Part shown: positions 12,651 to 24,256 of the stretch, piece by piece
Position numbering within the stretch: position 1 is the first letter of the stretch
Layout of the letters: each line of letters begins with the position of its first letter
Assembly (NCBI GenBank): GCA_050273025.1
Contig: CP158635.1
Coordinates: 30,442,001 to 30,506,000 of the forward strand
DNA: 64,000 bases
From: Cenococcum geophilum
Lineage: Eukaryota
Direction of reading: 5' to 3'
The notes under the pieces: model-generated
Databases searched by the model: none
Told to the model about the DNA's origin: nothing
What the model saw: only the letters and a program-made list of their open reading frames with translations
Made by a program: the position numbers and the translations under genes

Positions 12651-14587
12651 TCATTCTTTGATGGATGGATTGTCAGTTGTTGCCAACATCCTTACCGTTG
12701 CGAGCCAGCATGTCTGACACGCCTTCAAATCTACATATAGTGCTGGCAAAACTGTTCGAGACTCGACATGATTTGAGTTCGCGTCGGCGTCCGGGATCCC
12801 CACTTTTCGTTCGTGAAGAAGTAGTTCTGCGATCCCAACAGCCCCTGAGCGAGATACAACAAAAGCATCTAACCTATCCTTAGTCCAGCCTTCGACTTTA
12901 TGTTCATCAAATGCGGTCAAGGCTCTTCCATCAGACTCATGGCATCCATATACAGCGAAAGCATCCTCCGCAGTCTTGAGATCCTTACCAGTCGTGATAC
13001 GGTGGATGCGAGGATGCCAATTTTCACTCTCCTGTACAGGCGGTAGAGGATACGTTTCCACCACGACGTCATTCCATGGCTTCATGCTTGAAACCAGCAC
13101 TGGCATCCCGTCGTGCTCTTCAATCCTTGAATCATCAACTGCTCGCCGCATTTTCAACATCTTACCACCAGTCAGAGCGCAAGCGACGACTCTAGCATAT
13201 TGCTCGAGAGTGTAGGATCCTATAGGTACCAAAATATACAAACGCAGCACTGTATGCGAATTTCCCGTATTTTGCTTGTGTGGCTTTACGTGGATAGTGG
13301 CATGATTGCCCACTCGATAGTAAGAATGTATGCCCACTATTCCTTACGACGATATGTCTCGGATGTGGGAGCGGCTTGGCCACCCGCTGCTCTGCAAACG
13401 GATGCGGCTCCTCTTTCGCACTCCAAAATGGATGGTTCTCCGGCATGACAGGCGGTGCAAAAGCCAGCATACACCAGTAGGGTGAACCAGGTGAGTTGTA
13501 GTTCTCCGCAAGATACGTGTTTGGGTAGGAATATCCGATGCTGAGCATCCCGTTCGACTGGAAAATGTCATGTTGCGTAGTCGACCACCTTAGATTTCTC
13601 AACCAGATCCCTTTTACCACTCCCCAAGAGAGGTGTGGGTAATTCGACATCAGCGAACACTGCAGACCCCCAGAATGCCACCATAGCCCAGCGGTACGTC
13701 AGGCTTCGTCCAAAAGTGATAGCCATACCTTCCGGATCAAAGTAATGCACGAAGTCCGAAGCATACATGCGAGCGCGATTGTGGTACTCCTCGGCTTGAA
13801 CTGGGTCGGTATCTGCAGCTAGGCGAGAGTAGAGAAGTTGCGGATACTGGATGGCGAAAGAACCAGAATAGTAGTCTATTTGGCAATATCCTTCAGGCCC
13901 GTCATTAGACCAGCCACCGCCACGGTAGAAAGTGTTGAGCTGCTTTTATGTCGACGTCCAGGCTGGCTTGGGAGAGTGCCGCACCGTTTTTTGCAAGGCC
14001 AAGGTTGGCGAAGACACGAAACCACAGCCTGTCGTAGTGATTTCATAGTTAGAAGTTGTACTGGATTAGGAGGGCGTGTGCTGCATACTAGTTCGTGTTA
14101 GGCATATCTTTATCATTCATGCTACCCAGCTAGGTCTCAACAATTTTCTTCTGCTTCTCTGTCAATGGTTCCCAGAAGTATTTGTCCGAGATGGCAAGCG
14201 TGTACCCGATGGGGCATGCTTCTACCATCCTCTGACCCATATCTTCCATCAGGCCCCAACACCCTGGACTCTCTGGGTCTGTCCCAGCTATCAGGCCATT
14301 CACAAACCTTTCAGTTCCTGCATACTTGCTTCCACCAGCGAGTAGTGGTGCAAGCCCTAACAATGGCCTTGCATAGCCTTCGACCTAGGCAGCTGTTTCA
14401 TCGAAACGAGTTCCTGTGCTGCCAACTTTGACTAATCTGTGCAGAGGAGAGCTGCCTCTAGCAAGAGGATCTAGGAGGATGCCACAGCATTGGCCACATC
14501 TTGTCTGCTACGCAGTGGGTTTTTGGAGAAAGGGTGGAGGCGTTGGCCGCGGAAGCTGACATTGCTGAGATTCTGGTGCTCAGGCGT
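12651..14587 (-). pseudogene. DUF2264-family protein pseudogene
   Basis: Family-type motifs are split over several frames: [24 protein letters not shown]...[56 protein letters not shown]. In-frame TAG at 14471 and 14130, plus frameshifts near 13630 and 13240. Confidence 0.85.
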
Positions 14588-16321
14588 GCAAGTCCCAAGA
14601 AGCAATGTAAGTACGTGACTCGCGGATAAATAGCTACCCCTGTTCGAACATTTATCCTTTTGCCTAGGGGAGCTGACGCTCGCAGATTTCGGGCGAAAAA
14701 AAGAAGGGAAATTTTTTTTAGGTTCTGACGCCTGTTTTAGTACATCGGCTCCGGCAAGCCACATACAAGCCGCAATTGCAGTAATCGGTAGCAACCGTTT
14801 AAATCATGAGAGCTAGCTCTCCTCCACGTCTTACCCCAGATTTTCCTATGCTCCGTTTACTGAATCGGGATTGTTCCGCCCTTCATGGATGTTGCACAAC
14901 TTGTGTTCTGTTAAGATGCTTACTACACAAGCCACATGCGACAAATGGAGACGTCAAACTGAGGTATATTTTCGAATATGAAGACCTTGCGGAGTGATAT
15001 GATCTTCGATTGGCGGTTCTGATTTAGCCAGTTACCCCCCGGCACCTAAGATTATCCATATCCAGGATAGATCAACTCGACGCACCCTTGCCCTGACTCA
15101 AGCCTGAATGTCGTATTACAACACTGCAGAAAGATGCTAAGGCGCGATATCACCTTCCATTTGGCCCATCCCGGCAGCAATTAGCATTCTACCAGAGTTC
15201 GGTTTTCCCACAAATTGAGCCGGGCAGATCTGGACCCCTAAAAACGTGTCTAGCTGGGGGAATGGAAACACACCATCTTAAGTTGGGGCGAATTCAAGAT
15301 TGGCCGGGCGTTGCGGGCAGGTGAGAATTTGTCTTGGTACCTTGCTTGTAATCCACCCAGGACAGAGGCATGCCCGGGGTTATGGTGGGCTACTTATCCC
15401 TTAACCGTTAGAATTGGTCGTACGGTTATCGATAAGGGCTAGCCAATTAGATCAATTAGATCAAGGCCCGGCGCGTTGTTTTGATTCTGATGTTCGTGCA
15501 CGGACCTTCCTTAATGGTCCTGACGGGTTAAGGGATACATATCGAAGGACCAGCCCTGTACAAGACCTGGGACTCGTGGTCGTATAAGAGTCTTTTAACT
15601 TTATATGTACGGAGGTCCCTAACAAAAGTTCTTGCACCTTCCTAATTAGGAAGTTTGGCTCACCGCCCACCGACCGCCGACGGCAGAATAACTTCTGCAG
15701 CCTCATCACCTCCATCACGCCGATACTAATGCCCTAGGTCCCCTTAATACGTTCTAAAATTGCTTAATAACTCCTCTAGCTCGAATATTGCTTTACTAAC
15801 TATGGGCTTTTATTAGCTCGCGACTAGGGCTTAGGCCCTAGCTATAAAGGCTATAAAAGCGACCCTTTAGCATATCGAACGCATTACCGAAATTAAGCGC
15901 TAAGTACTATAATATCTCTTTAAAAAGGCCCGCAGTTGTGGCTAGGACCCTTCCTCTTATCCTCTTATTCTTAACGGCTATATTATTGATGCTCCTTATA
16001 CTGGATTAAAGGTTAAAATTACCCGCGAGTTCGAACAGCGAATTCTTAAGAAAGTCACCACCGATTAATTTGGTAGAGAGAAGTCCTACGCCTATATTAC
16101 CGCTAAGTGCGGCTACTCTACTTAGACTGTTTAGTGGGTCCTTTAACGCCATAGATATTAAAAGACGAAGCCTATAAGAAAGCCTTGCCTCTTATAAAAG
16201 ATAAAGAAAGCTCGCCTATAGTTCGCCTTGCGATATAAGCATTAGACAATTAATAATTAGAAGGCTGTTATCTAGAGCAATAAAACCGGCGTTGTTTTAG
16301 GCTATAGAAGAGGTAGATATA

Positions 16322-17316
16322 TGTCAGACGCCAAGTGTGGCTTAGTTATGAGTCATACGGGGAGGGGGGTCCCCCCCCTACCTGTGACTCATACCTCATG
16401 TATATATAGTCTCTTTTTCTTCATAGATCAATCTTGACACGAGTCTTCCTGACCTGAACTTTCAGTTCGACAGTTATGAGCCCGGGGTTGTTTCCCACGC
16501 ACTGATTACCTCTTTTGATCAGCTGTTCCCACGGCTCGTGTCCGGGTATACATAGTATACTCGTTATCAACAAGAAGGCACCTTGCTGCCTAAAGCCGTC
16601 GTGGCGAGCGACGCGCACAACAAGACGCTGGCACCTTGCTGCCACAATACAAGAGGAGCCGTCGTGACGAGCGATGCGCCCTCACAAGAAGACGTTGGCA
16701 CCTTGCTGCCACAATACTAAAGGAGCCATCGTGACGAGCGATGCGCCCTCACAAGAAGCTGGCACCCTGCTGCCATAAAAGACAACGACATCAACGCCGT
16801 CGTAATGAGCGACGCGTCACGATCAACGAGACGCTTGCACCGTACTGCTACGACAATCGATTCGTCCCTCAATCAATCCTCCATCCATAATGACAACCAC
16901 AACCTAGATACACAACCATTCGATATAGTCGACCTACTCCACCACAGCGTAACGACCCCACGTGGCGTCCAAGTAGAGCCCAGCCAGAGCAAGACGCCAG
17001 AGCGGAAGCTAGCTTGGATATACTGATGGTGAGAGACGCGGGTTCTTGGAACGAGACGAGGGTAACACGGGGTTGGGTTATTGAGCTTTGGAACAAGACT
17101 TTGAAATTCTACGCCCAGACTGGTGATACAGCTTCAATCTCAGAGAGCTTAAAGCTGGGAGGGTGTGTCAGACGCCAAGTGTGGCTTAGTTATGAGTCAT
17201 ACGGGGAGGGGGGTCCCCCCCCTACCTGTGACTCATACCTCATGTATATATAGTCTCTTTTTCTTCATAGATCAATCTTGACACGAGTCTTCCTGACCTG
17301 AACTTTCAGTTCGACA
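16322..17316 (+). mobile_element. Non-autonomous miniature LTR retrotransposon (TRIM-like, 995 bp, copia-type PBS)
   Basis: Identical 151-bp TG...CA LTRs at 16322-16472 and 17166-17316. 5-bp TSD ATATA at 16317-16321 and 17317-17321. PBS-like GTTATGAGCCC at 16473. Purine tract GGGAGGG before the 3' LTR. No gag/pol ORF. Confidence 0.95.
16571..16855 (+). repeat. Tandem array of 4-5 units of about 50-70 bp inside the TRIM
   Basis: Recurring blocks GGCACCTTGCTGCC and GCCRTCGTGACGAGCGAYGCG. Unit starts at 16621, 16688 and 16755 give a 67-bp period. Confidence 0.9.
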
Positions 17317-19342
17317 ATATAAGCTCTAGCGTTTGGCTAAAGAGAAGGTAAATAAGAAGGTAATTTAACCTCGATTTCCTAAAGCTACTAAGTTTATATT
17401 TTAGGGCGCGTTCTTATACAATCGGAAGGCTCCCTGCTATATATAGAGGCCTAAAACTATATAAGAGAAGAAGGCTTTAAAGATTAAGCTTTAAAAGATT
17501 AACGAAGCGATTAAGCCAGAGCTTTACGTGGCTTGGCAGCTTACTACTAGTATATAACAACTTAGGCTTCGCAATAAGCTAGGTAAAAAGCCTTAATTCT
17601 ATATAATTAAGGAGAATAGCGCCTTCTAAAGAAACGGAAAGAAAGGGGGTATTAATTAGTATCGCTACCTTACTACTATCCTCCTTCCTATCCTTATTCC
17701 TTTTGGTATTAAGTGCCAGATTAATTGCCCAGATACTATTATTTAAGAGGATAAAGCTCCGTCTTATATATCGCATTACTAGCAGATCTACTTTAACGTA
17801 GTAGGCCTCTAGCGCCTTCTTTAGCCCGGCAATTCACCCGATTTAAATATAATTAAACTAGCTTAGGCCTATCTTAAACGAGTTACTATATAGAAGGGAG
17901 CGCTAAAAACTAGAGTAGAAGCTGAGCGAGTATAGCGGAAGGCTTAGGAGGAGCTTAAGTAGTGGCAAATTTAAGCTTGGATTAAACGAATTCCACGTTA
18001 TATTAAAGAGGTTATTCGCTATTAAGGAGGCAACAACTATTGCAAAGGCGCTGCTGACTGTTGACGCGATTGGAAGGCGCTTAAACGTATGGATTAATAT
18101 TAGCGCTAGGTTATTACTTATATGCGACAGCAGGTGCTTTTAGGCCTTAATTAAGTCAATTTAATGGAGCCTTTATTAAGCAAGCCTAAGCTACTAGAGC
18201 TTTTGGAGCGTATAAAAATAGGACCTTAGCTACCGCACGACCTTATAGATCTAGAGCCTCTGTATGGCGACTATGATCCAAAGCAGCGTCGCCGACGTTG
18301 AGCCAAATGGGCTCTTCTTCAGCCGCCTACTTAATCGAAATTTTCCTCCGATAAGCCTCCCCTTAAGCCTCTGCCACCTATTAAGCCTCCTCCTCCTCCT
18401 TAGCCGCTTAAGCTTTAGAACCAACTGAATACAAAGGGTAGAAATACAAAGAAGGCAACGTTTAAAGTTAGCTTTGTAGAGCAATAATGGCAAGAACAAC
18501 GGGCTCTAAATGGGTAGGAGGATTAATACTAAGCAGCGGATATTAGGTGGCGTACGGTCAATTAAACTACAAGGAAGTGGGTAAGGAAGAAGGACCCTAT
18601 TACTACCTCTGGGGAGGCCGTAGGTAACGGCACAGCCTCCGCTAGCAGCTTAATTAACGTAGACGTTAGAGGAAGGTCCTTAGAGCCGCCCGCAGGTTGT
18701 CCTCTAGAGCCTCTAAAATACCAAACGTCTATACAAACGATTAACAAGAAAATAGGAAGAAGGCAGCAATAAGAGGTTGCTGCTTAACTAGAGGACCTTA
18801 TAGAGTCGGTGGAGGAGCTAGTACAGGGCAGGAACCTATGGTCGCGCAGAGCCCGCAACCTCAAAAATATATAGCTTATTAATGAATCAATTAATTGCCT
18901 ATATATTGCCTTTTATTTGAAGCTTTAAGAACGAATTTGATGCGTCTAGCGTTGAAATTCATATTCTGCCGATGGGCGGTGAGCCAAACTTCCTAATTAG
19001 GAAGGTGCAAGAACTTTTGTTAGGGACCTCCGTACTAGTTGTGAATGTCCTGGTTTCTCTAATTTGAATTCTCTGCGCTATTCAATGAAATCTCTCTAAT
19101 TTCTTGTATGTCTTATGAATATATCATTCGCCATTCCTCCCACTCTCGAAGCTGCTCTTTTATTCTTGTCTTGGCCAACTGACAGCTTATATAGAAATCG
19201 TTGAGCCAACAATGCTAAGAGCTTCCAAATGACCGTCTAAACCTCAGTCATACCAATCGCCTATCAATGCGCAAGAACTGTACCTTAAAATGAGCCACAA
19301 TAAAAAACAATCTATTATCCTTAAGCTTCCAGTATCGCAACA

Positions 19343-21377
19343 ATAGGCCCTGGCGCCAGATTCCTATACCGTATCGTGAAAAATGAGGCGATGAAAGCCG
19401 AGCCGCCAGAGGTCTACGGCTGGCGCGTCTTCATGTTAGCCTGCTCCACCTGCTTCGGCGGTATGCTGTTAGGCATGGACATTGGAGCCATCGGCGGTGT
19501 GCTGACGCTGCCCGCATTCATCGCGTACGACCAATCCTTCCTCGCATACTCCGTGGTTAGCCCCGCAAGCTGAGACTACGTGAAATTGAACGACAAGCTG
19601 ACTCGGTGGGAACATCAGGAAATACCACCTCGCGGCCGCTGGCCCTGCATCGCAGGCGAATCTGTCTGCAAACATAGCGTCGACGCTGCAAGCCGGCTGC
19701 TTTCTTGGCTGCTTCATTGCGTCTTGGGTTGCTGATAAGAGCGGCCGTCGCACAGCACTCATTGAAAGTAGCGCCGTGGCTTGTATTAAGTGCATCTTCC
19801 AAGCGGCAAGTATTGGGAATCCTGCTGTAATGTATATCGGACGGTAGATTTCTTCTCAGTCATGCATCAGAGGGGAGTGCAGCTTATAACTTTATTCGTG
19901 TAGATTCATAGCAGGAGTTGGTGTCGGCGGCGCTTCGATGGTGACGCCGCTGTATATTCTGAGAACGCACCACGAGCTATTCGGGGCAGCTTGACCGGGA
20001 TCTACCAACTCTTCGTAAGTTGAGTGTTTCCACAGCAAAGCAATGGAAAGGAAAACTTCTGACAACCTCCAAAAACTCTAGATCGCAGCCGGGACCATGT
20101 TCGCGTTTTGGATCAACTACGGCTTTATCCTACATCTTCACGGCCAAACGACATACAGTGCGTCTTTTCCTTCTCTTTCCAATCTCTTCTCTATACGCTC
20201 ATTGACTAACACTCACAACAGTCGCCCCCCTGACAGTACAAGCCCTTCCAGCCCTCCTGCTCTGCATCTGCATGTTCCTCTGCAACGAATCCCCCCGCTG
20301 GCTCGCAAATGCAGACCTCTGAGAGCATGCCACCGCCGTCCTCTCACGCGTGCGCGACCTACCGCCCACACAGCCCTACATCCAAGGCGAGCTCTCCGCC
20401 ATCGCCGAGTAACTCGAGCACGAGCGCCTGCTCATCGGCGGCTCAGCCCTCCAAGACCTGCCGCGCGAGATGTGGACGATGCCCGGCAACCGCAAGCGGG
20501 TGCTGATCTCCACCGGGCTCATAATCTGCCAGCAGATGACGGGCACCAACGCCATCAACCCGTACGCGCCGCAGATCCTCGAGAGCCCGAGCATCAAGGG
20601 GACAGCCACGAACCCGTTCGCGACGAGCATCTGCGGCATCGTCAAGACGACCACCTGCGCCGCGTTCCTGCTCTTCGCCGCCGACTCGCTCGGCCGCCGC
20701 CGCTCGCTGCCGTGGACCTCGATCGCCCAGGACACCGCCACGTTCTACATCAGCCTGTACGTGCGCGTCGACCCGCCCGCCACAGGCCACGCGGTCCCGC
20801 CCGCCGGGTATGCGGCGCTGGTGTGCGTGTTCCCGCTCGCGGGCTGCTTCCAGTTCGGCTGGGCCCCGTGTGCTGGATCTATGTCAGCGAGATCCCGATC
20901 GCGCGGCTGCGCGGCTTGAACGTCGCGATTGCGGCCGCGACGCAGTGGCTGTTTCATTTCGTGGTGGCGCGCGCGACGCCGAATATGCTTGCCACGGTTG
21001 GCAAGGGCGGCTATGGGTATATGATTATTTCCCCCCTTTTTGCTTCTGTTTTTGATGGGTGAGGTTGTTGGCGGTTGCGATAGGTGCTTCTTGGTCTATG
21101 GGTCTTTCTGCTATTGCATGTTTATCTTCACCTGGTTCTTGATACCCGAAACTAAGGTCTTTCTCTCGAGCGCATGGATGATCTGTTTGGAGTCACCGAA
21201 TTGGTCAAGAATATTGAAGAGGAAGGGAGAGGGGAACACGCTCATGCACCTCCTACCGGAATTGGCTTTGATGGGAAAGAAACGAGTAAAGCAACGCATA
21301 AGGCGAATGCCAATGAGCTTGGAAACAAGAAGAGTAAAGAGGAGACTAAGGAGGAAAAGCAATGGAAGGAGATGTGA
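19343..21377 (+). pseudogene. MFS sugar-porter / quinate permease-like pseudogene
   Basis: Motifs PPEVYGWRVF...[57 protein letters not shown] and FLIPETK. Start appears to be ATA rather than ATG, premature TAA at about 20410, frameshifts near 19958 and 20862. Confidence 0.85.
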
Positions 21378-21934
21378 TAGTGAAGGAAATAAAGTAGGAC
21401 ATCAATATTTAGGAGTCGAAGTGGTGACAATTTGGGATTTGAGGACTACCAGAATTTGAGGAATTTAAAGTCGGATATTTCGTATTTGAAATCCACTGGT
21501 GGTGCTCTGGATAAGAGCACTCGGTGCAGTTATTATTTGCTAGTATTCTTGATTTCCGATGCGCTGGTTTGGAGAAGTTATGCTGAATTTGGGCATGGAA
21601 GTTGAGTGGACCAGAGAGGCACTTCGTGAAAGTGGATAACCCGGCCAAGTTGCAGCGAACAGAGCTGAAAGGGATTGGCTAGAATCTTGAGAGTCAACAT
21701 AGTCAGGGGTCGGAGCTAACATTCTCAAAAGTATCCCAAGTGTGGATTGTGAATTACTCGTGCTTATGATATTACACGCCCAGCAGGCCAATCTCCCAAT
21801 GTAACAGTCCAGTATGCGCCGCAAGGGAATGACCCATAACGCATTCGCCCAAATGCCATCATGCCACCCCAGTGTCTTCATTCGCAGTTTGCGCCTCAAT
21901 TTATGCCATCCTATTCTTTTCCTCATTCAATCGT

Positions 21935-22687
21935 TCATGCGTCTTTGACAGGAATTTCATCTTCTAGAGAAGAGATCAGCACATCACACAACATTTAGGT
22001 GGGTCATGGTCGTCAAAGTCCACTGGTGGTGAGGGAGAACCGCACGCGGGGGTTTGGTTTCCGTGACATGTACGAGAGATGAAATGGTGGGAGTACCTTC
22101 CAAAATGCCCTTCTTGACTAGCTCTTCCGGATTGGGTCTGCTCTGCAAACCCTTCTCGAGACTGTCGGCGCGCATATGACGCTCGAGTTCGCGCTGGTGG
22201 CCCTGTAGTGCGGGAGCCGCGATGGAGTCGGGAAGGATGTTGCCTGTGGATTGCCACCCTCTGAGTTAGCTTGTGCCTTATACGGAGGCGCTGGAGGACT
22301 GTTGCAAGTGCTTGTGATGAACTCCGCAGTGAGTAGAGAGTAGTCCAACGTACGTTCCACCAGCGTCTCCCTATCCGGACGATGTGCAAGCCCCTTCTTC
22401 AAATTATCCGTCGCACGCTGTCTCTCCAGTTCAAGCGCCTTCGATTGCAATGCCCTATATATTGACCTCTCAGTCAGCCAAGCTGTTGTTTGTTTCCTAC
22501 TAGCTCACTCGAAGTAGGGTACTCACGGTGCAGCATTTGTGTCCAGCAGGATATTTCTGTTCTTCAGATCTTGAGCGTCAGGCCGATGCGTCAGATGCTT
22601 CTCGAGCGAGTTGCGGCGCTGGATGCCCTCGCGGACGGGTGAGATGGGTGTTTCGTCAATGGCGGGGGCGACTTGGGTTTCGGCCAT
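21935..22687 (-). CDS. Small RPEL-repeat protein (3 repeats, 4 exons)
   Basis: Spliced product MAETQVAPAIDETPISP...LEKHLTHRPDAQDLKNRNILL / LKKGLAHRPDRETLVERNILP / LEKGLQSRPNPEELVKKGILE...DEIPVKDA*, with GT-AG introns. Confidence 0.9.
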
Positions 22688-23509
22688 GGTGCACACTTCC
22701 GAAGCTGGGTATACGTGGATTGGTGGAAGAGGTATATATGTTTCTTGTAGTTTGAGTGTAGATGGACAGCTATGTAGATGTAGCTTTGAGGAGATGGAGT
22801 GAGATCAGCTGGTGCGGCGAGCACTGCTCGTCACCTTTTGCTAGCACAAGGAGGGACTTGTAAGAGGGGCAACAAAACAAGCTGCGCCCCACTTCTCGGT
22901 GGGCGGGGACAGACTTTTGACGGGAACTCCTTATCGCGAAACACCGAAAGTCACTCCAACGTCCATCTCCATGACCTTCTGTAATATATCTTGCTGCTGG
23001 CACCGATGAACACGTGTTTGGTGGTACTTGTCTATTAGGGTCCTGCCGGCTCGACACTTAGGCATCGGAATGCTAATGAAACCGTCACGAGAGATGGCAT
23101 TGCTCCTACCTGATCTGAAATCTGTCGTGATCACATCCCCGAGATGCAATCATAAGATGTAATTAACTCGACCATTCAAATGATGGGAGTCGCTAAAGAA
23201 CGCAGGTCTCGTACGGCACGATAGACGTATTCTCAAAGAGCTTGGCAGTTGCCCCGTCAACAGGAATAAGAGGTTTCATTTTGTAGCCTCAGGACTTTTT
23301 CCTACCTGGAACTCAAACTCCATACCCACTGATAAGCAAGCAGTATAACCAACAAGTTTTAAGTAGCCGTTGAGTGCCACTGAAGAATTCGATCCTCATT
23401 ACACTCGAAACGTTCTGCGCCGTAGCGTAAGACATCCGCCCAGAAAAGAACCGCGTCCCATACCAAGTGTCACACTCGAAATAAAACCGAGGAAAAATAA
23501 GACAAACAG

Positions 23510-24256
23510 CTAGGTGCTCGTTGCGCAAGCCATGACAATTTCCGTCTTCCATCCTTTCTTTTCAGCAGTGGATGTGCAGGGCACCAAGACTGGGCCAGGC
23601 CCCATTTCCATCCTTCCTAGTGCGCAACCTCCACAATCTATGTGCGAAGTCATGGTTGTGGTGCCTTTCCACTCGGCGCAGTGATCAGCTACATTGGCCA
23701 GAACCGGCGCAATGAGATGGGTGCAGGTGGAAGGGGTGGGAGTTGGAGTGGTGGTTATAACTGGGGTTGTAGGGACAGGATATAGCTGGGTGTACTCTCG
23801 CTTGTACCCACGACTGGAGCAAGAAGTAGCCGTAACTTGGGTAATACCCCCGATGGTAGTGGAGGTCTGGCAAGCCTATAATTGTGGGATGTGGTGTTAG
23901 TTCCGAGATATCAAGAGGATGGATTAATATAAAAGGTCTCGGTAAGAAGAAAAGGGGAAGGAATACGAGTCCAACACCATAGTATTTGGTCCCCAGAGCA
24001 CAGCCTCCGCAGTCGGTGTATTCAGTCAGAGTTTTCGTGTTGGCATAAAAGGTGCAGTCGGTATCAACGGAGGGCAACTTCATCACAGTGTGGATGCAGG
24101 TAGGTTCTGCATCTGGAAGGGGGGAAGCGAAGCTAGGGAAATCAGCGTATGGAATCAACGCTCAACCTGAGATGAGCTGGCAAGATTCCGATGGGGTTGC
24201 ACTCACACAATGACGAACAGTGCCTCAAAGGCGAAAAGAGAAGCTGGGAACTTCAT
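23510..24256 (-). CDS. Small secreted cysteine-rich protein with two tandem DCGGCAL domains
   Basis: Three exons splice in frame. Signal peptide MKFPASLFAFEALFVIVFASP, then two 6-Cys domains each containing DCGGCALG, separated by KR and a Thr/Pro linker. Stop TAG at 23510-23512. Confidence 0.85.

Larger units (their letters stand above)
15610..19032 (+). mobile_element. Tc1/IS630-type DNA transposon with RIPed transposase, interrupted by a TRIM
   Basis: Perfect 60-bp TIRs at 15610-15669 and 18973-19032, each flanked by TA. Transposase remnants I(W)S(D)(E)TGVVLG at about 16270-16302 and (W)PGNSPDLN(M)I(E)(P)A(W)AYLKR at about 17822-17881. Confidence 0.92.

Noticed and set aside
16571..16855. 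CRISPR-like array or hammerhead ribozyme in the TRIM repeats
   Set aside because: Eukaryotic context with no cas genes, and the linkers are short and related to each other. The TGACGAG blocks lack the full CUGANGA...GAAA hammerhead core.
20097..21062. 321-aa Arg/Pro-rich ORF and overlapping ORFs
   Set aside because: Out-of-frame read-through of the GC-rich, frameshifted MFS pseudogene.
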